Under the pieces are notes generated by a model. The model searched no databases. It was not told the origin of the DNA and saw nothing but the letters and a program-made list of their open reading frames with translations. This document shows, piece after piece, positions 1 through 8,868 of a stretch of DNA of 64,000 nucleotides (positions are counted from its first letter, which is position 1; each line of letters begins with the position of its first letter). Source of the stretch: Vicinamibacterales bacterium (GTDB lineage: Bacteria; Acidobacteriota; Vicinamibacteria; Vicinamibacterales; UBA8438); NCBI GenBank assembly GCA_965262925.1, contig CBDHGC010000004.1:145112-209111 (forward strand), in the 5' to 3' direction. The translations under genes and the position numbers were made by a program.

Positions 1-47
1 GCTGCTTGGCACGCCTGGAACGCGGCAAGGTTATTCCCGTCAGTGTC
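1..47. mobile_element. Right-end fragment of a ~100-bp MITE, cut by the window edge
   Basis: Identical to 61502..61548 (right part of the MITE at 61449..61548) and again followed by CTAA(C). Confidence 0.6.
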
Positions 48-60
48 CTAACCCGGGTGG

Positions 61-214
61 GGTCGATCCCGTGAGTTCGGGGCAATCCGACCGTTCGATC
101 CCTCGAGGACTTCAGCGAAGGGTCCATCCCCGCCCGCGCGGGGATAGAGCGTCACCGAACCTAAAAGGAGGCGGTCGGATGCCGGGGGACCCCGCCCCGT
201 CGGGGACAGAACCG
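61..214 (+). CRISPR. Degenerate type I-E-like repeat mini-array A (3 repeat-like units, cas-less)
   Basis: Units GGTCGATCCCGTGAGTTCGGGGCAATCCGAC, GGTCCATCCCCGCCCGCGCGGGGATAGAGC and GGGGACCCCGCCCCGTCGGGGACAGAACCG. Stem starts at 68/128/190 give a 60 and 62 nt period. All have the same polarity. Confidence 0.4.
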
Positions 215-239
215 CGGCGACCGCGGTAGCATGGGCTGA

Positions 240-1025
240 ATGACGATTGAACAGCGGGTCAACGCCGCGGTGGACGAGATCGTCGCGGCGACCGCGCCGG
301 AGCAGATCGTGCTGTTCGGGTCGGTGGCGAAGGGGACCGCGGGCCCGAAAAGCGACATCGACCTGCTGGTGATCGGCGACCCTGCGCGGCACGCCGACGG
401 GAAGCACACCTGCACACGGACCGGTGACCAGGTCGACGTCTTCGTCACCGATCGCGCCAGTGCGGAGCGGTACCGCTACAGCGCGGCCTATCTGGAGGGG
501 ATCGCGCTGACGGAAGGCCGCACCGTCTACGCGAAGGATCCGGAGCGAGCGCTTGCGGCAGGAGAAGCCATGGTCAGACGCACGCTGTACGACCCCGACA
601 AGGCGGTCGAATGGGTCGAGGACGCCCGCGACCGACTCGAGCGCTTCGCGACGGACCAGAAGGACATCCACAAGTGCGAGTCCCTCGTCGATGCCCTGGA
701 GCGCGCGCTCAAGGCGCTGATCGTCGCCGGCGGACAGCGCGTGGCACACCGGCATGGACTCGACAAGCTCTGGACTCAGGCCGAGGCCATCGCCGGCCGG
801 TTGCCCCCGGGAATGACGGAAGCCAAGCTCAAGCACCTGACGAAGTACGCCGGCGAGTTCCTGTACCCGGCGCAGGGCGCTAGACAACTGAATGCGCACA
901 GGGTCTGGGAACAGTTCGAGGCCCCCATCGGCGACGTCGTGGAGTACGCCGAACGACGGGTACCGGAACTGGTGAAAGACACGCTGAGGCGTATCGAATC
1001 GGAGGGGAGGAACAATAACGGATAA
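240..1025 (+). CDS. Fused minimal nucleotidyltransferase (MNT) - HEPN protein, a single-chain toxin-antitoxin-like module
   Basis: 261-aa ORF. N-terminus has GSVAKGTAGPKSDIDLLV (Pol-beta NTase G-S...D-x-D). The C-terminal helical half has the R-x4-H motif (RVAHRH). Confidence 0.8.
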   Translation: MTIEQRVNAAVDEIVAATAPEQIVLFGSVAKGTAGPKSDIDLLVIGDPARHADGKHTCTRTGDQVDVFVTDRASAERYRYSAAYLEGIALTEGRTVYAKDPERALAAGEAMVRRTLYDPDKAVEWVEDARDRLERFATDQKDIHKCESLVDALERALKALIVAGGQRVAHRHGLDKLWTQAEAIAGRLPPGMTEAKLKHLTKYAGEFLYPAQGARQLNAHRVWEQFEAPIGDVVEYAERRVPELVKDTLRRIESEGRNNNG

Positions 1026-1038
1026 GCAAACAAGCAGA

Positions 1039-1509
1039 ATGCGACGAGCGGTGTCGGTGCTGCGAGTTGTCATCGTCGTCGGGCTGACGATGGCGTGCGG
1101 AGACGACGGGAGGCCGGTGGTGCCGACGTCGCCGACGCCGCAAATCCCACAAGTGGCTGGAACCTACAGGGGTCCGGTCACGATCTCATCGTCGACATTG
1201 GGCTCGGTCACAGGGTATGCCGAGATGCAGGTGGTACAGGCAGGAAGCCAAGTGACCCTGACCGGATCGCAGACGATTGCCGGTGATACGGTGCAACTCG
1301 CGGCCCTGACGGGAAGCATCAACACGACCGGGTTCTTCACGGTGAGCGCTGGGGGATCACACATCGACGGCGATGTTGAACCAACGTGCGGAAGATGGAA
1401 CATCACCACCGCGACTCGAACGTTCGTCGGGCGGACTCTGCAGATCGTAGTGAGCGCGATCACGACGTACTGTGGAGTGCTCGACTACTCGGCTACGCTG
1501 ACACGATGA
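1039..1509 (+). CDS. Secreted protein or possible lipoprotein of unknown function
   Basis: 156-aa ORF starting 14 nt after the previous stop. Hydrophobic signal peptide MRRAVSVLRVVIVVGLTMAC with Cys20; Thr/Gly/Ser-rich, beta-looking body. Confidence 0.55.
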   Translation: MRRAVSVLRVVIVVGLTMACGDDGRPVVPTSPTPQIPQVAGTYRGPVTISSSTLGSVTGYAEMQVVQAGSQVTLTGSQTIAGDTVQLAALTGSINTTGFFTVSAGGSHIDGDVEPTCGRWNITTATRTFVGRTLQIVVSAITTYCGVLDYSATLTR

Positions 1510-1530
1510 GATAGCCCGGCACGTGAGACG

Positions 1531-1885
1531 GTCGAGCCCCGCCGCGTCGCCGTTGCCGGCGCCGAACGACCGGCTAGTGCCTCGAAGCCTCTAGCTAGCT
1601 CCCCGCACTCACGGGGGCCTACCGCGGTATGCCATCTTCCGAATGCGCCAGCCACAGGCTACCCCGCACGCACGGGGAGCGACCACGGACACGGCCGCGA
1701 GAAAACGCGGAGGGTCAGCGCCGCTCCGCACACTCGGGGATGGAGACGAAGCCAGAACGTCCGCCAACAGCGCAAGCCGATCCAGAGAGCGGCAGCACGG
1801 GCCGTAGCCGCAGCATCCCGGCGTCGATATCCGAAAGACACAGACCGTGCCACCGGCCCCGTGTTGACGGGAATGGGCCCACCGA
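1531..1885 (+). CRISPR. Degenerate type I-E-like repeat array (3 clear plus 2-3 weak units, cas-less)
   Basis: Clear units have CCCCGC/CTCCGC stems starting at 1601, 1662 and 1724 (61 and 62 nt period): GCTCCCCGCACTCACGGGGGCCTACCG, GCTACCCCGCACGCACGGGGAGCGACCACG, GCCGCTCCGCACACTCGGGGATGGAGACG. Weaker units at ~1537, ~1787 and 1857 (CCCCGTGTTGACGGGAATGGGCCCACCG). Confidence 0.45.
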
Positions 1886-2020
1886 CAAGAATCCATTGGG
1901 ATCAGGATGACCACAAACACCGCCGAAGCGGGAGAGGACCGCGGCACTACGAGCTGCGTTTCGGCAACCTCAAAAGACGGCCGCAGGCCGCGGCGGCCAC
2001 CACCGACCGAAGAAGGAGCA

Positions 2021-2518
2021 ATGAACCCGATTGCGGCCGAAGTACGGCGACTGGCACGGCGCACCCGCCGCATGACGCTCGACGAGTGGGCGGAATACCG
2101 CACCGAGTACAAGCGCAAGACGCATCGGGATGCCGAGCCAGCGTGGCTCGGGCCATCAAGCGCATTCAGCGACCGCGAGGTGACGGCGGCGATGCGGCGG
2201 CAGTGGAGATACGAGGTCCCCGAGGCGCAGACCGGGCGCCAGAGCCAAGCCATCACGCACCGGCTGGCACTGGCTGGCGCAGGGTGGAAACGACCGCCGA
2301 GGGCCGCCGAATTCTACGACGCCGTGCGGGCGAAGCGACGAACGGCACGCCGGGCGTGCGTGATCGCCGCCTGGCTGCGCGAAGCGACCCTGCTCGAGTG
2401 GTGGTACGGCATCTTCGAAGGGGTCTACACATGGCGGCAGCTGGCCGAAGCCGTGCACGTCCAACGGCTAGGGCACTACCTGAACTGCGACCGACTGAAC
2501 GGGCGGAGCCAGGTATGA
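2021..2518 (+). CDS. Putative partner (antitoxin/regulator) of the downstream AbiEii-like NTase; member of a 3-paralog family
   Basis: ATG 5 nt after GAAGGAG. Stop overlaps the next start (ATGA). Shares the motif GW(K/R)xxPxxxEF(Y/C)xAVRA with the ORFs at 4155 and 4787. Confidence 0.6.
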   Translation: MNPIAAEVRRLARRTRRMTLDEWAEYRTEYKRKTHRDAEPAWLGPSSAFSDREVTAAMRRQWRYEVPEAQTGRQSQAITHRLALAGAGWKRPPRAAEFYDAVRAKRRTARRACVIAAWLREATLLEWWYGIFEGVYTWRQLAEAVHVQRLGHYLNCDRLNGRSQV

Positions 2519-3531
2519 ACAAGGACAAGGAACTGAAGCTGCACGGAACGCCAAAGGCGCTCTACGACCGCGTGCGCGCCGGACTTGAAGGCGAGACGCA
2601 GCGTGCCGGCCTGCCGCTGCACGTCGGCGGCGGCGGCGTGCTCGAAGCGCGCTGGGACCACCGCGAGAGCCTCGACATCGACGTCGTGATCCCGACAGAC
2701 AATCCGGACGCGGCGCGCAGCGCGCTGGACCGCGCGGCCGAGCAGAGCGGTGGATACCGGGTCCAGGGACCCGGATTCGACCGGATCGAGTTCCCGGACC
2801 GGCCGCAGGAAGAGCACGTCGACGTCGGCTTCAGCCAACCGACGCCCGCCAAGGGAGTCGAACACAGCAGCGTCAACGGGCGGCCAGCCGAGGTCCTGAC
2901 CTCGACACAGATCATGACGGCGAAGCTGACCCACCGCGGACTGAACGCGCCGGTGCGCGACGTCTTCGACGTGGCCGTGTGCGCGCGCATCGAACCGCGC
3001 GCTCTGGAGGCGGCCGTCAACGCCCAGGACGCCGAACGCCGGGGCGCAATCACCCGCATGTACGGCGTCATATCAGACGAACTCAAGGACCAAGCAAGCA
3101 GGGAACTCCGGAACGTCCGACCGACCTTCGCCGACATCGTCAAGGACCCGGCCGCTGCAGGCCAGAAGGCCATCGCCGACGCCACCTACCAGCGGGTCCA
3201 GATCCGATGCAAGGGAAAGACGGCGAGCATAACGACCGAGAGCAGGCTGGGGGAGTGGCAACGGACGTGCGGCTCGACAGCCGAGCTCGGGAAAGTGCTC
3301 GAGGAGCGGGGGCTGAAAGGGTTCTTCGAGGCCGAGAGCCAGCCGGTCGGACAATTGCTGGAGAGCGTCCGATCCGGCATGGAGCGCAACGAGACGGTGA
3401 CGATCGTGGACATGGGAGCGAGGCCAGCAGGGGTGCAGATGGCAGCGCCGACCCCAAGGCCAAGAAGCGCCCAGCAGGCGTTCGACGAGAGCCGGCGGCG
3501 CGAGACGCCGCCGCGCAAACGCAATCGGTAA
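2515..3531 (+). CDS. AbiEii/DUF1814-like nucleotidyltransferase (type IV TA / abortive-infection toxin family)
   Basis: N-terminal LHVGGGGVLEARWDHRESLDIDVVIP matches the GGTAL...R.S.DID signature of AbiEii-type NTases. Translationally coupled to the upstream ORF. Paralog at 5332. Confidence 0.7.
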   Translation: MNKDKELKLHGTPKALYDRVRAGLEGETQRAGLPLHVGGGGVLEARWDHRESLDIDVVIPTDNPDAARSALDRAAEQSGGYRVQGPGFDRIEFPDRPQEEHVDVGFSQPTPAKGVEHSSVNGRPAEVLTSTQIMTAKLTHRGLNAPVRDVFDVAVCARIEPRALEAAVNAQDAERRGAITRMYGVISDELKDQASRELRNVRPTFADIVKDPAAAGQKAIADATYQRVQIRCKGKTASITTESRLGEWQRTCGSTAELGKVLEERGLKGFFEAESQPVGQLLESVRSGMERNETVTIVDMGARPAGVQMAAPTPRPRSAQQAFDESRRRETPPRKRNR

Positions 3532-3584
3532 CCCGAATCAACGAAGGGGACGCGGGCGGGCGATGATCGCTTGGCCACAGCGAA

Positions 3585-3675
3585 AGGCAAGCGCCCTGGC
3601 GGGAAGACGTGCGACCAGAATGGCCCCGCCGGAAGGAGGTCATCCGCGCACCCCCGCATGCGCGGGGCAGCTGCG
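3585..3675 (+). repeat. Two CRISPR-repeat-like units directly upstream of the protease pseudogene
   Basis: GGTCATCCGCGCACCCCCGCATGCGCGGGGCAGC (stem start 3652), plus a weaker unit CGCCCTGGCGGGAAGACGTGCGACC (about 3594) 58 nt upstream. Confidence 0.35.
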
Positions 3676-3711
3676 CGAGACCAGGGGCGCCAGGGTCCTT
3701 ACGACCGGGAA

Positions 3712-4072
3712 ATGGTGGACCGAGGACACGGCCTCGAAGGCGAGGTCCGACGGACGACCGTCGACGGAATCGTGGACACCCTGGTGATTCCTGAAGAAGT
3801 CGCAAACGAGCTGGGGCTCCGGCGCAGAGGCACGAGGACGGTCGTGTACGCCGACGAACGCCGCGACCAACGGCCGGTCGGGAGAGGAGTGACGATCGAA
3901 ATCGGGAGCCTTCACCACAGAGAGCGAGTGCATGATCGGACCGGCGGGCAGCGAGGTGCTGATCGGCCAAGTAGTACTGGAGGCGCTGGACCTGATCGCC
4001 GATAGCACGAACCGAACAGTCACACCACGGCATCCCGAAGGACCAGTGCTGGCCCTCCGACGAGCGGGGTGA
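3712..4072 (+). pseudogene. Retropepsin-like (clan AA) aspartic protease, frameshifted
   Basis: N-part VDGIVDTLVIPEEVANELGL...VTIEIGS in frame 1. C-part ECMIGPAGSEVLIGQVVLEALDLIADSTNRTVTP continues in frame 2 from 3926 to the TGA at 4070. The frame change lies near 3905-3925. Confidence 0.65.
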
Positions 4073-4154
4073 GCAGCGACGACAGACGGCACAGCGGGTT
4101 CGCGAGTGGCGGGATCCGGCCCTGGAGCAATCCCCCACGCGGGACGTGCAAACG

Positions 4155-4790
4155 ATGAGCAAGGCGGAGCAAGCGAGGACGCAAAGGACCGCCAGCGAGT
4201 GGCGGCAGCGCAAGCTCGCACGCCGCCTGCGGGACGAGAACCCGCGACGCAACCGGACGCTGAAGGCGGCCACAGCGTTCGAGGACGAGAGGACGACCGG
4301 GGCGCGGCGCGCCGAGTGCGGCATCGAGCGCCAAGTGGACGAGCTTGGGCGAAACAGCCGGACAGTCGAGCGGCGGATCGCGAGCAGCTGCGCCGGTTGG
4401 AGACACGGGCCGAGCGCAGCGGAGTTCTGTGACGCAGTGCGCGCCGAAGGGCCGACACGACGGCAGATGTCTCTGATCGCGATGCGGGTACGCGGGGCGA
4501 GCGACGAAGAGCTGCTCCTGGCGTGGGCCGATGAGGTCTACAGCGACCGGATGCTGGTCGCAGCCATCCACGGCCGGAGCGGCCGATGCCAACCCGCAAC
4601 GCAACGCGGCACTGAACCGCTGGGCGAGAGGACGATGACCGAAGACGATACCGTCGAGGGGCTGCACCGCGTGTCGAGCATCGAGGAAGGCCTGGAGCGT
4701 CTCGTCGACGAGGGGCGAGTGGAAGCCCTGTGCATCGAGCGCGAGCGGGACGAGCCGGCCGCGCAGCTCGAAACGGAGCGGTCAGGATGA
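4155..4790 (+). CDS. Paralog of the 2021 partner family (GWRHGPSAAEFCDAVRA)
   Basis: ORF 4146..4790, with ATG at 4155 preferred. A repeat-like unit GGAGCAATCCCCCACGCGGGACGTGCAAACG (4124..4154) abuts the start. The stop overlaps the next ATG (ATGA at 4787). Confidence 0.55.
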   Translation: MSKAEQARTQRTASEWRQRKLARRLRDENPRRNRTLKAATAFEDERTTGARRAECGIERQVDELGRNSRTVERRIASSCAGWRHGPSAAEFCDAVRAEGPTRRQMSLIAMRVRGASDEELLLAWADEVYSDRMLVAAIHGRSGRCQPATQRGTEPLGERTMTEDDTVEGLHRVSSIEEGLERLVDEGRVEALCIERERDEPAAQLETERSG

Positions 4791-5329
4791 AGGTCCGACA
4801 GCTCCCGTACAGGGACTGCAACTCTCCAGGCATGCTCGAGCCGGACCGCGCCGAGCGCGACGACGAAGGCCCGCTGGAAGACATCGAGCTCGACGACGAC
4901 ACGCCGGCCGCCATCCTCGAGTACGCCCGCGAGCACGGGTACCGGCCGGCCTTCCCCCGGGTGCTGCCGCCCGAGCGCTTCAGCGACGCGCGAGCGACGC
5001 CGGACCAGTGCGCGATGGTCAACGCTCGGACGGGTCCGGACGACACCGGCCCGAAGAGCGAGATCATCCGGATGCGGCTGGCCTGCAGCTGCTCGGGTTG
5101 GAAGCGGCCGCCGACGAGCGAGGAGTTCTACGCCGCCGTGCGCGCCGAAACGCTGGACGAACGCCAGACGGCCATTCTCTACGCCTGGAGCAACGAGGCG
5201 AACGACGTCGAGATTCTGGACGGCTGGACCGAGGATGCCTACACGTTCCGGCAGCTGGCCGCCGCGCTCGAACGGGCCGGGATCGAACGCTGCGCGATCG
5301 CCGAGGCGCTGAACCGTCTGAGCATGTGA
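4787..5329 (+). CDS. Paralog of the 2021 partner family (GWKRPPTSEEFYAAVRA), upstream of the second AbiEii-like NTase
   Basis: Start coupled to the previous stop. The C-terminal half aligns by eye with 2021..2518. Confidence 0.6.
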   Translation: MKVRQLPYRDCNSPGMLEPDRAERDDEGPLEDIELDDDTPAAILEYAREHGYRPAFPRVLPPERFSDARATPDQCAMVNARTGPDDTGPKSEIIRMRLACSCSGWKRPPTSEEFYAAVRAETLDERQTAILYAWSNEANDVEILDGWTEDAYTFRQLAAALERAGIERCAIAEALNRLSM

Positions 5330-5331
5330 CG

Positions 5332-6390
5332 ATGGACGACCTCACACTGCCGAACCCGGCCCGTGGGTTCTGGCTCGAGACGCGCGACGCCGTGCGAAGG
5401 GCGCTGGAGCAACTGGAGCCGGGAATCGACTACCGGATCGGCGGCGGCACGATCCTCGCGGCCGGGTGGAAGCACCGCGGCAGCTTCGACATCGACATCC
5501 AGGTCGGCAAGGACACGAAGCTCGAGGAGCTGGAGAGCGGGGCCTACGGCTGGCTGCACGCCGAGATGGAAAGGCTCGGCGCAACAGCCCGGTACAACGC
5601 CGACCTGAACATGTACCGCATAAGGCGCGAGGAGGGAAGCGACACCAGCCGGGAAGTGCAGGTATGGGGCCACGAGCTGGAGATCGCAAAGGGCCACACA
5701 ACGGCGCGCGTCGAGGGGCGCGAGGAGACGGTGCTGTCGACGGCGCAGATCCTCCGCGGAAAGCTGGAGCGCGCGGGACGGCACCCGGCGCGCGACGTCT
5801 ACGACATCGACAGAGCAGCCGGGATCGAGCCGGTCAGCCTCGAGATCGCCGTCAACACGATGCGGCACGACCTGGTGGCAAAGGCGGCACTGACCTGGAA
5901 CGTCGCCTACTACGGGAGGATCGGCAACGAAGCGCGCCAACGCTTGGTGGGACTGGCGCCAGGAGAGGAACGACGCCACTACGAGATCGCGAAGACGGGT
6001 GCCAAGGCTCTGGTCGACGCGCGCTACGCCTACCTGCGACTGGGCGTCGAAGACGACCGGATCGTCGTCGAGGCGGTGACCCAGGCGAACAAGCACCGCC
6101 GGATAACGATGACGGCCAGCGGGGCCGACGAGCAGTTCGAGGCGAAGGGTATCAACGGCCACCTCCGGAACAAGGGGCCCGGCGCAAAGGCGCTACGCGA
6201 ATACGCCATCGAGCTGTGCCGCAAACGCGCCGGCGACATCCTCGTGTTCGAGGAAACCGGGGACAAAGAGACGCACTGGCGAACGGCCAGCAGCGGCAGG
6301 AACCTGACGATCATCGGACCGCAGAGGCCGGGGCGGATCACGGGCCCGGCCGGAGGCTGGGGCCGGCGCCGGGCGAGCTGGGGCCGATAG
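5332..6390 (+). CDS. AbiEii/DUF1814-like nucleotidyltransferase, second copy
   Basis: RIGGGTILAAGWKHRGSFDIDIQV near the N-terminus. Starts 2 nt after the previous stop. Same architecture as 2515..3531. Confidence 0.7.
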   Translation: MDDLTLPNPARGFWLETRDAVRRALEQLEPGIDYRIGGGTILAAGWKHRGSFDIDIQVGKDTKLEELESGAYGWLHAEMERLGATARYNADLNMYRIRREEGSDTSREVQVWGHELEIAKGHTTARVEGREETVLSTAQILRGKLERAGRHPARDVYDIDRAAGIEPVSLEIAVNTMRHDLVAKAALTWNVAYYGRIGNEARQRLVGLAPGEERRHYEIAKTGAKALVDARYAYLRLGVEDDRIVVEAVTQANKHRRITMTASGADEQFEAKGINGHLRNKGPGAKALREYAIELCRKRAGDILVFEETGDKETHWRTASSGRNLTIIGPQRPGRITGPAGGWGRRRASWGR

Positions 6391-6451
6391 CGCGACGCCG
6401 GCCGCCACGAGCGGCCTTGTAGGGAACCGCGAGAGAAGTAGAGTCGACGCA

Positions 6452-6792
6452 ATGAGCAAGGACACGAAGGCCATCATCGCGACGATCGTGGCGACGGCAG
6501 TAGCACTGGCCTGCTGATCAACCGCATCAGCAACGTGGGGAGCGAAGTCCGCGCCGTGGGGGAGGAGCTGAGCGGCCGCACCGACCGGCTCGACGACGAC
6601 CTGAGCGGCCGCACCGACCGGCGCGACGAGGAAATGGGCGGGCGCATCGAACGACTGCGGAGCGAGATGCTGGCCAACTACCACCGGCTGGACGAGCAGT
6701 TGCGGAGCGTCGAGCAGGGATTTGAGCGAATCGACCAGCGGCTGGAGATGCTGGAACGGGCGGTAATCCCGGCGGCCGAACCGGCGCAATAG
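6452..6792 (+). pseudogene. Small membrane-anchored coiled-coil protein, probably frameshifted near 6505
   Basis: ATG at 6452 gives MSKDTKAIIATIVATAVALAC then a stop. The next frame continues LLINRISNVGSEVRAVGEEL... with heptad-like RxD/L repeats to 6792. The ORF track begins at GTG 6535. Confidence 0.45.
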
Positions 6793-7020
6793 AACACACC
6801 CCGCCCACGCGAGGCGGAGCGGCAACCACCGCGAAACGCCGGCGAGCCGACGCAAAAGCCACCCGCGGGGACGGGAGCCGGCATCCGAGAACCAGAAACC
6901 TGCTTCGACGGAATCGCCCCGCACGCGCGGGGATGCACCGCGCGAACCCACCCAGGACGGACCGCAACTGGCAAGTAGTGGCCAGTTGGCGTGTTTTCCC
7001 CCGCACGTGCCGGGAACGCG
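6793..7020 (+). repeat. Degenerate type I-E-like repeat array B (4 units)
   Basis: Stems start at 6799, 6862, 6917 and 6999. Best units: GGAATCGCCCCGCACGCGCGGGGATGCACCG and GTGTTTTCCCCCGCACGTGCCGGGAACGCG. The latter resembles the classical I-E repeat GTGTTCCCCGCGCCAGCGGGGATAAACCG. Confidence 0.35.
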
Positions 7021-7168
7021 TCCGGACAAGGTGTGAGCCTGTCCGTGCTCGGAGCCGTGCGGGCTGCCGGAATTTACCCAGTGGCTCGATGGGCTCGATC
7101 CTGTCTGCGCATTCCGGTGAAACCGATCACCCGTTCCGGTGGCAAACCGATCACTCGTTCCGACGCAA

Positions 7169-8615
7169 GAGGGTGCCCCAGGCGTAGTGGAAAGTCGGTG
7201 GCGACTCCTGCCCGGCTGTGGTATCAGTCGGGTGTGTTCAAAAAGGAGGAGAGGCCACCGATGAAGAAACCGTACAAGATCGTTTCGGGCGCGTCCACGC
7301 CGAACCGCCGGGAACTGGCGGACTGGCTGGCGAAGGACGGGCAACTGCTGATCCCGCTGGTCGAACTGCTGGAGAAGGGCGAGCGAGCCATCGACGAGGT
7401 GATCGACGTGATGGGCCGGGCGACCATCGAGGCCGTCCTGCGGATGAGCGCCGAGCAGGTGGCGGGGCCGAAGGAGCAGGGACGGCGCGACGCCGACCGG
7501 GATCTGTACTGGCACGGGGTGCAGGCGGGGCGTGTGGCATTGAAGGAGCGGCAGTTGCGGGTCGACAAGCCGCGGCTGCGCAAGAAGCGGCCGCGGGCCG
7601 ATGAGCCGGGCGAGGTGGAGATTCCGGCGTATACGGCGTTGCAGGCGGATCAGCCACTGGCCGACCGGATGCTGGAGCTGGTGCTGCAGGGCGTGTCGAC
7701 GCGCAAGTACGAGAAGGTGCTGCCGGCGCTGGCCGACCAGGTGGGGGTGAGCAAGTCGGAGGTCTCGCGGGAGACCATCGAGGCGGGGACGCGCGTTCTG
7801 AAGGAGTTGGCCGAACGGGACCTGGGCAAGTTGGACGTGCTGGTCGTCTACCTCGACGGGATCGTGTTCGGGAACTACCACGTGCTGGCGGCGGTCGGTG
7901 TGGATGCGGATGGTCGTAAGCACGTGCTGGGGCTTTGCGGCGGGGCATCGGAGAACACGGAGGTCACCGCTGGCCTGCTCGAAGATCTGGTGGCGCGGGG
8001 CCTGCGGGCTGACCGGCGGCGTCTGTTCGTCATCGACGGCGCCAAGGCGCTGCGGCAGGCCATCGGGCGGGTGTTCGGGTCGGCGAACCTGGTGCAACGT
8101 TGTAGAAACCACAAGGTAAGGAACGTCTTGGGTCATCTGCCGAAAGAGCAGCATGAACAGGCGCGTTCGACGCTTCGGGCGGCGTGGAAGCTGGACGCCG
8201 ACGAGGGCATCCGGAAGCTGGAGCAGTGACGCCTCGTGGCTGGAGCGGGAGTGGCCGTCGGCGGCGGCGAGCCTGCGCGAAGGGTTGTCGGAGTTGTTCA
8301 CGGTCAATCGCCTTGGGCTGCCGAAGCCGCTGCGCCGCTGCCTGACGACGACGAACATCATCGACTCGTCGCACGCGGGCGTTCGCCAGCACACGAATCG
8401 GGTGAGTCGCTGGCAGAGCGAGGAGATGGCGGTACGGTGGGCCGCGGTGACGTTCCGAGAGACGGAGAAGCACTATCGCCGTATCACGGGCTATGAGCAT
8501 CTCTGGATGCTGAAGGCGCACCTCGACGAAGAGAATGGCGCCCTTGCCGAATTGCAGAAGGCGGGGTAATGTGTGTCTGTCGCTGCCGACTTTCAACTAC
8601 CGGCGGGACACCCTC
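7169..8615 (+). mobile_element. IS256-family insertion sequence, copy A
   Basis: Imperfect terminal inverted repeats GAGGGTGCCCCAGGCGTAGTGGAAAGTCGG / GAGGGTGTCCCGCCGGTAGTTGAAAGTCGG. 8-bp target duplication CGACGCAA (7161..7168 and 8616..8623). Near-identical to copy B at 59973..61418. Confidence 0.9.
7261..8569 (+). pseudogene. IS256-family (mutator-type) transposase, frameshifted
   Basis: One extra G at ~8227 (GAGCAGTGACGCC versus GAGCAGTACGCC in copy B) splits the 435-aa reading frame that is intact at 60065..61372. Confidence 0.9.
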
Positions 8616-8707
8616 CGACGCAAACCGATCACCTGTTCCGGCGCAAACCGATCACCCGTTCCGACGCAAACCGATCACCTGTCGGAGCGAAGCGACGCGG
8701 GACGAAA

Positions 8708-8868
8708 TCATGAGTCCCGGTTCTCCGTTCGGGTCGACGGTCGGCTTCGTTTCCGCATCGAGTCTCCTTTCAGGTCGAGCTTGTACGCATTGTGCACGAG
8801 ACGGTCGAGAATCGCGTTGGCCAGCGTCGGGTCGCCGATGACTTCATGCCACTTGAGGTTGCCCCCGA
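8708..8868 (-). pseudogene. istB: IstB (IS21 helper ATPase) C-terminal fragment
   Basis: [36 protein letters not shown]. Confidence 0.7.

Larger units (their letters stand above)
7102..8868 (-). mobile_element. IS21-family right-end remnant (terminus, 23-bp terminal repeats, IstB tail), carrying the IS256 insertion
   Basis: Five direct ~23-bp repeats AAACCGATCACC(C/T)GTTCCG(A/G)CGC start at 7120, 7144, 8622, 8645 and 8668, downstream of an IstB C-terminal fragment. Putative TGT terminus at 7102. Confidence 0.5.

Noticed and set aside
3140-5067. 394-aa and 475-aa minus-strand ORFs across the cassette row
   Set aside because: They are antisense to several coupled plus-strand genes with recognisable motifs, and their translation is low-complexity.
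6193-8394. 733-aa ORF on the minus strand
   Set aside because: It is antisense to the IS256 transposase and the upstream region. Its Arg/Pro/Gly-rich low-complexity translation is typical of shadow ORFs in GC-rich DNA.
7119-8684. Five ~23-bp direct repeats AAACCGATCACC.GTTCCG considered as a CRISPR or iteron array
   Set aside because: The repeats are contiguous with no spacers. They lie just downstream of an IstB fragment, which fits the multiple terminal transposase-binding repeats of IS21-family ends.
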